From IMG/VR virus record IMGVR_UViG_3300025389_001063: a stretch of 64,000 nucleotides of DNA, one strand, 5' to 3'. The notes under the pieces are model-generated. The model did not search any database. It worked only from the letters and a program-made list of their open reading frames with translations, and was not told the DNA's origin. The translations under genes were made by a program, and so were the position numbers. Shown one piece after another: positions 61,228 to 64,000 of this stretch; position 1 is the stretch's first letter; every line of letters starts with the position of its first letter. The stretch comes from a virus. Lineage: Duplodnaviria; Caudoviricetes.

Positions 61228-62796
61228 ATGAGTAAATCTCTTGACGGCGTTCTTACGAAAAAAGCAAATAAAAAAGAACGCTACACTGAGAAACAAATTG
61301 AAGAAATAGCAGCATGTATGGATCCGGTAACGGGTCCACACTATTTCATGGAAAATTTCTTTTATATACAACATCCTGTTAAAGGTAAGTTAGTATTCGA
61401 ACCTTTTGACTATCAAACAAGATTAGTTGACAGTTATCACAATCACAGATTTAATATTAATTTGCTTCCACGCCAGAGTGGTAAGACAACTACTGCGGCT
61501 GGATACTTATTATGGTACGCAATGTTTACTCCAGACGCAACAATACTAATTGCTGCTCACAAATATACCGGATCACAAGAAATCATGCAGCGTGTTCGCT
61601 ATGCTTATGAACTCTGTCCTGATCATATACGTTGTGGTGTTATATCATATAATAAAGGTAGTATAGAATTTGATAATGGTAGTAGAATTGTTTCAGCAAC
61701 TACTACATCAAACACAGGGCGTGGTATGTCTATATCTCTCCTATACTGCGATGAGTTTGCGTTCGTTGCTCCTACTATTGCTAATGAGTTTTGGACTTCA
61801 ATATCTCCTACATTATCAACTGGTGGTCGAGCAATTATTACATCAACACCTAATTCAGATGAAGATCAATTTGCTCTAATATGGACCGAAGCAAATAATA
61901 AGTTTGACGAGTTTGGCAATGAAAGAGAATTAGGTATAAACGGATTTTATCCATATAAAGCACACTGGTCTGAACATCCTGATCGCGACGAAGTATGGAT
62001 GCAGGAAGAATTAGGACGAATTGGTGAAGAACGTTTTAGGCGCGAATACGAATGTGAATTCTTAGTATTTGATGAAACACTTATTAGTTCAGTTTGTTTA
62101 GCAGAAATGCAAGGAATTGAGCCTAAAGAAAAAACAGGTCAAGTTAGATGGTATGATAAAATTAAACCAGAATTAACTTATCTTGTTGCATTAGATCCTG
62201 CTACAGGAACAGGCGGAGACTATGCTGCTATAGAAATATTTGAATTGCCAACATTTAAACAAATAGGAGAATGGCATCACAATACAACTCCTGTTAGCCA
62301 ACAAATTCGCCTATTAAGAGATATCACAACATATATTCGATCACAAGGTGAACCTACTGTTTATTATAGTTGTGAAAATAATGCTATAGGTGAAGCATGT
62401 TTAACTTCTATTAAAGATCTAGGAGAAGAACATATTCCTGGATTATTCTTAAGTGAACCTATACGTAAAGGACATGTTAGAAGATTTCGTAAAGGATTTA
62501 ATACTACCCACAAGACCAAAATGGCTGCGGGTGTAAAACTCAAACATCTTATAGAAACACGTAAGATGATCATTTATAGTAAACCATTAATTTCAGAACT
62601 TAAGACATATGTAGCAAGTGGAATAGGTTTTAGAGCTAAAGTTGGGGAACATGACGATTTAGTTTCTGCTTGTTTACTTGTTTGTAGAATGGCAGCAGTT
62701 CTAGCAGACTTTGATCCTGCAATATATCAAAGTATTAGTGACAGACTTGATGAAGACCAGTTGCCCATGCCGATATACATCAGCAGTTACTTTTGA
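61228..62796 (+). CDS. gp17: Terminase large subunit, T4 gp17-like
   Basis: Walker A PRQSGKT, Walker B LLYCDEFAF, ITSTP coupling motif, RuvC-like LDPATG.G.DY and HDDLV. Confidence 0.97.
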   Translation: MSKSLDGVLTKKANKKERYTEKQIEEIAACMDPVTGPHYFMENFFYIQHPVKGKLVFEPFDYQTRLVDSYHNHRFNINLLPRQSGKTTTAAGYLLWYAMFTPDATILIAAHKYTGSQEIMQRVRYAYELCPDHIRCGVISYNKGSIEFDNGSRIVSATTTSNTGRGMSISLLYCDEFAFVAPTIANEFWTSISPTLSTGGRAIITSTPNSDEDQFALIWTEANNKFDEFGNERELGINGFYPYKAHWSEHPDRDEVWMQEELGRIGEERFRREYECEFLVFDETLISSVCLAEMQGIEPKEKTGQVRWYDKIKPELTYLVALDPATGTGGDYAAIEIFELPTFKQIGEWHHNTTPVSQQIRLLRDITTYIRSQGEPTVYYSCENNAIGEACLTSIKDLGEEHIPGLFLSEPIRKGHVRRFRKGFNTTHKTKMAAGVKLKHLIETRKMIIYSKPLISELKTYVASGIGFRAKVGEHDDLVSACLLVCRMAAVLADFDPAIYQSISDRLDEDQLPMPIYISSYF

Positions 62797-62802
62797 TAAA
62801 TA
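62795..62802 (+). promoter_or_regulatory. T4-late-type promoter motif GATAAATA
   Basis: Overlaps the terminase stop; 7 nt before ATG 62810. Confidence 0.6.
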
Positions 62803-62809
62803 ACATACT

Positions 62810-64000
62810 ATGCCAGCCGCTGATATAACAGGTAGTGACCTTTTTTTGACTTTGAAGAGCAGGTTCCCTAGCATTAAACTAGGTAACGCTGATGGAGAAT
62901 CTACGGTTGATCCTAAAGAGGCTGTATTCTTTGATTTTGATTTTGTTGTTAATGGTGAGAAAATTGCGTCAGTAAGTATATCGATTGCTGAGGATGGTGT
63001 ATTAAAACTTTTCTATAGTAATGATATTTTACAAAGTCAAGATAATGTAGTTAAGCAGAAATGGTTTGATTTTCTCAAGAATATGAGATTATTTGCTAAA
63101 AAGAGATTAATGGCTTTTGAACCAACTGACATAACTAAGAAGAATTTAGATAAACGAGATTATGAAAAAATGTCGGCAGAAGCAAGCCCAAGAAAATCTG
63201 AGGAAGACAAAATGACTGAATCATCCCTTTACGGTTCAACAAAATCAAGTTATCAAAAACTTGAAAATGCTAGAATAATTATTAGACATTCACAAAAAGT
63301 AGACGAAGGTAGTGCTAATAGCCGCACAAGAAATATTGATAGCATTTATGTAGAAAATGCTGTTGGAGAAAGATTCCGTTACCCATTTAATCATCTAAGC
63401 GGTGCTAGAGCAATGATGAGACACGTTGCTAATGGCGGAAATCCATATGATAACTTTGGACAGTATATTGTAGGGCTCAGTGAACAAGTTTATAATCTTC
63501 GTAAGTTTAACAATTTAATGCATAGAAATGCTTTCCTTGAAAACAGCGAACTTACAAATATTGCATCTGCTGCTAAAGATAAGACAGTAAATCTTAAGAA
63601 AGTTATTGAGCGTCTTCAGAAACAAAGCGGTTATGAAGCAATTAAAGAAAACTTTACAGAATATAAAAAGGCAGCATTGGATGATGCTACACTTGAAGCA
63701 TTAAAGAATAGATTTACAATTCAACAGTTCAATGAAGAACTTGTTGATTTATTCCCATACATTAGCGATTTAATTGGTGAAGAAACTGTTACAGAAGGTG
63801 GTATTGCTGAAATTGGTAAGATGCTTTCAACATCCAGTTCAGTAGAAGAAGCACCTAAGGCAAAGGCTGCTCCTGCTAATATTAAGAAAGCAGATGAACC
63901 AACAGATGCAGATGCTGCTGCTGAGCCAATTGGTAAGATTCCATTTATGGGTCGTGCTGGTGATGACGTTGGTGACTTGCATATGGCACTCAAAGGAATG
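62810..64000 (+). CDS. Hypothetical phage protein, 3'-truncated (at least 397 aa; absent from the ORF track)
   Basis: Open frame MPAADITGSDLFLTLKSRFPSIKLG...ERFRYPFNHLSGARAMMRHVANGGNPYD... running to the window end. Confidence 0.85.
   Translation, partial: MPAADITGSDLFLTLKSRFPSIKLGNADGESTVDPKEAVFFDFDFVVNGEKIASVSISIAEDGVLKLFYSNDILQSQDNVVKQKWFDFLKNMRLFAKKRLMAFEPTDITKKNLDKRDYEKMSAEASPRKSEEDKMTESSLYGSTKSSYQKLENARIIIRHSQKVDEGSANSRTRNIDSIYVENAVGERFRYPFNHLSGARAMMRHVANGGNPYDNFGQYIVGLSEQVYNLRKFNNLMHRNAFLENSELTNIASAAKDKTVNLKKVIERLQKQSGYEAIKENFTEYKKAALDDATLEALKNRFTIQQFNEELVDLFPYISDLIGEETVTEGGIAEIGKMLSTSSSVEEAPKAKAAPANIKKADEPTDADAAAEPIGKIPFMGRAGDDVGDLHMALKGM

Overview
This window is a segment of a large, AT-rich T4-like myophage genome (standard genetic code, very dense coding, no tRNA or CRISPR seen). 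It starts inside the major capsid gene (gp23-like). About 50 kb of very large Thr/Ser/Gly-rich virion fibre, spike and adhesin genes follow. Embedded in that stretch are a reverse-strand neck/tail-completion block (gp14-like, GIY-YIG endonuclease, gp15-like, NUDIX), a gp13-like neck gene and three glycosyltransferases. The window ends with dNMP kinase, tail sheath, tail tube, gp4-like head completion, probable small terminase, large terminase and a truncated conserved ORF. T4-late-type (N)ATAAATA promoter motifs precede most transcription units. The strongest signals are: (1) an ~80-aa beta-module inserted in frame into other proteins and nested inside copies of itself, which appears to expand a ~110-aa adaptor protein to 2499 aa; (2) a probable phage-encoded virion O-glycosylation set (two GT2-TPR enzymes plus a GT-A enzyme) beside Thr-rich and collagen-like fibres; (3) a modular fibre kit with three Mtd_N fibres and recurrent socket/plug gene pairs; (4) a homing endonuclease that appears to have taken over the ATG of the gp15-like gene, leaving it an ATT start; (5) many apparently leaderless late genes. 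All product calls come from motif recognition by eye, with no database searches run.
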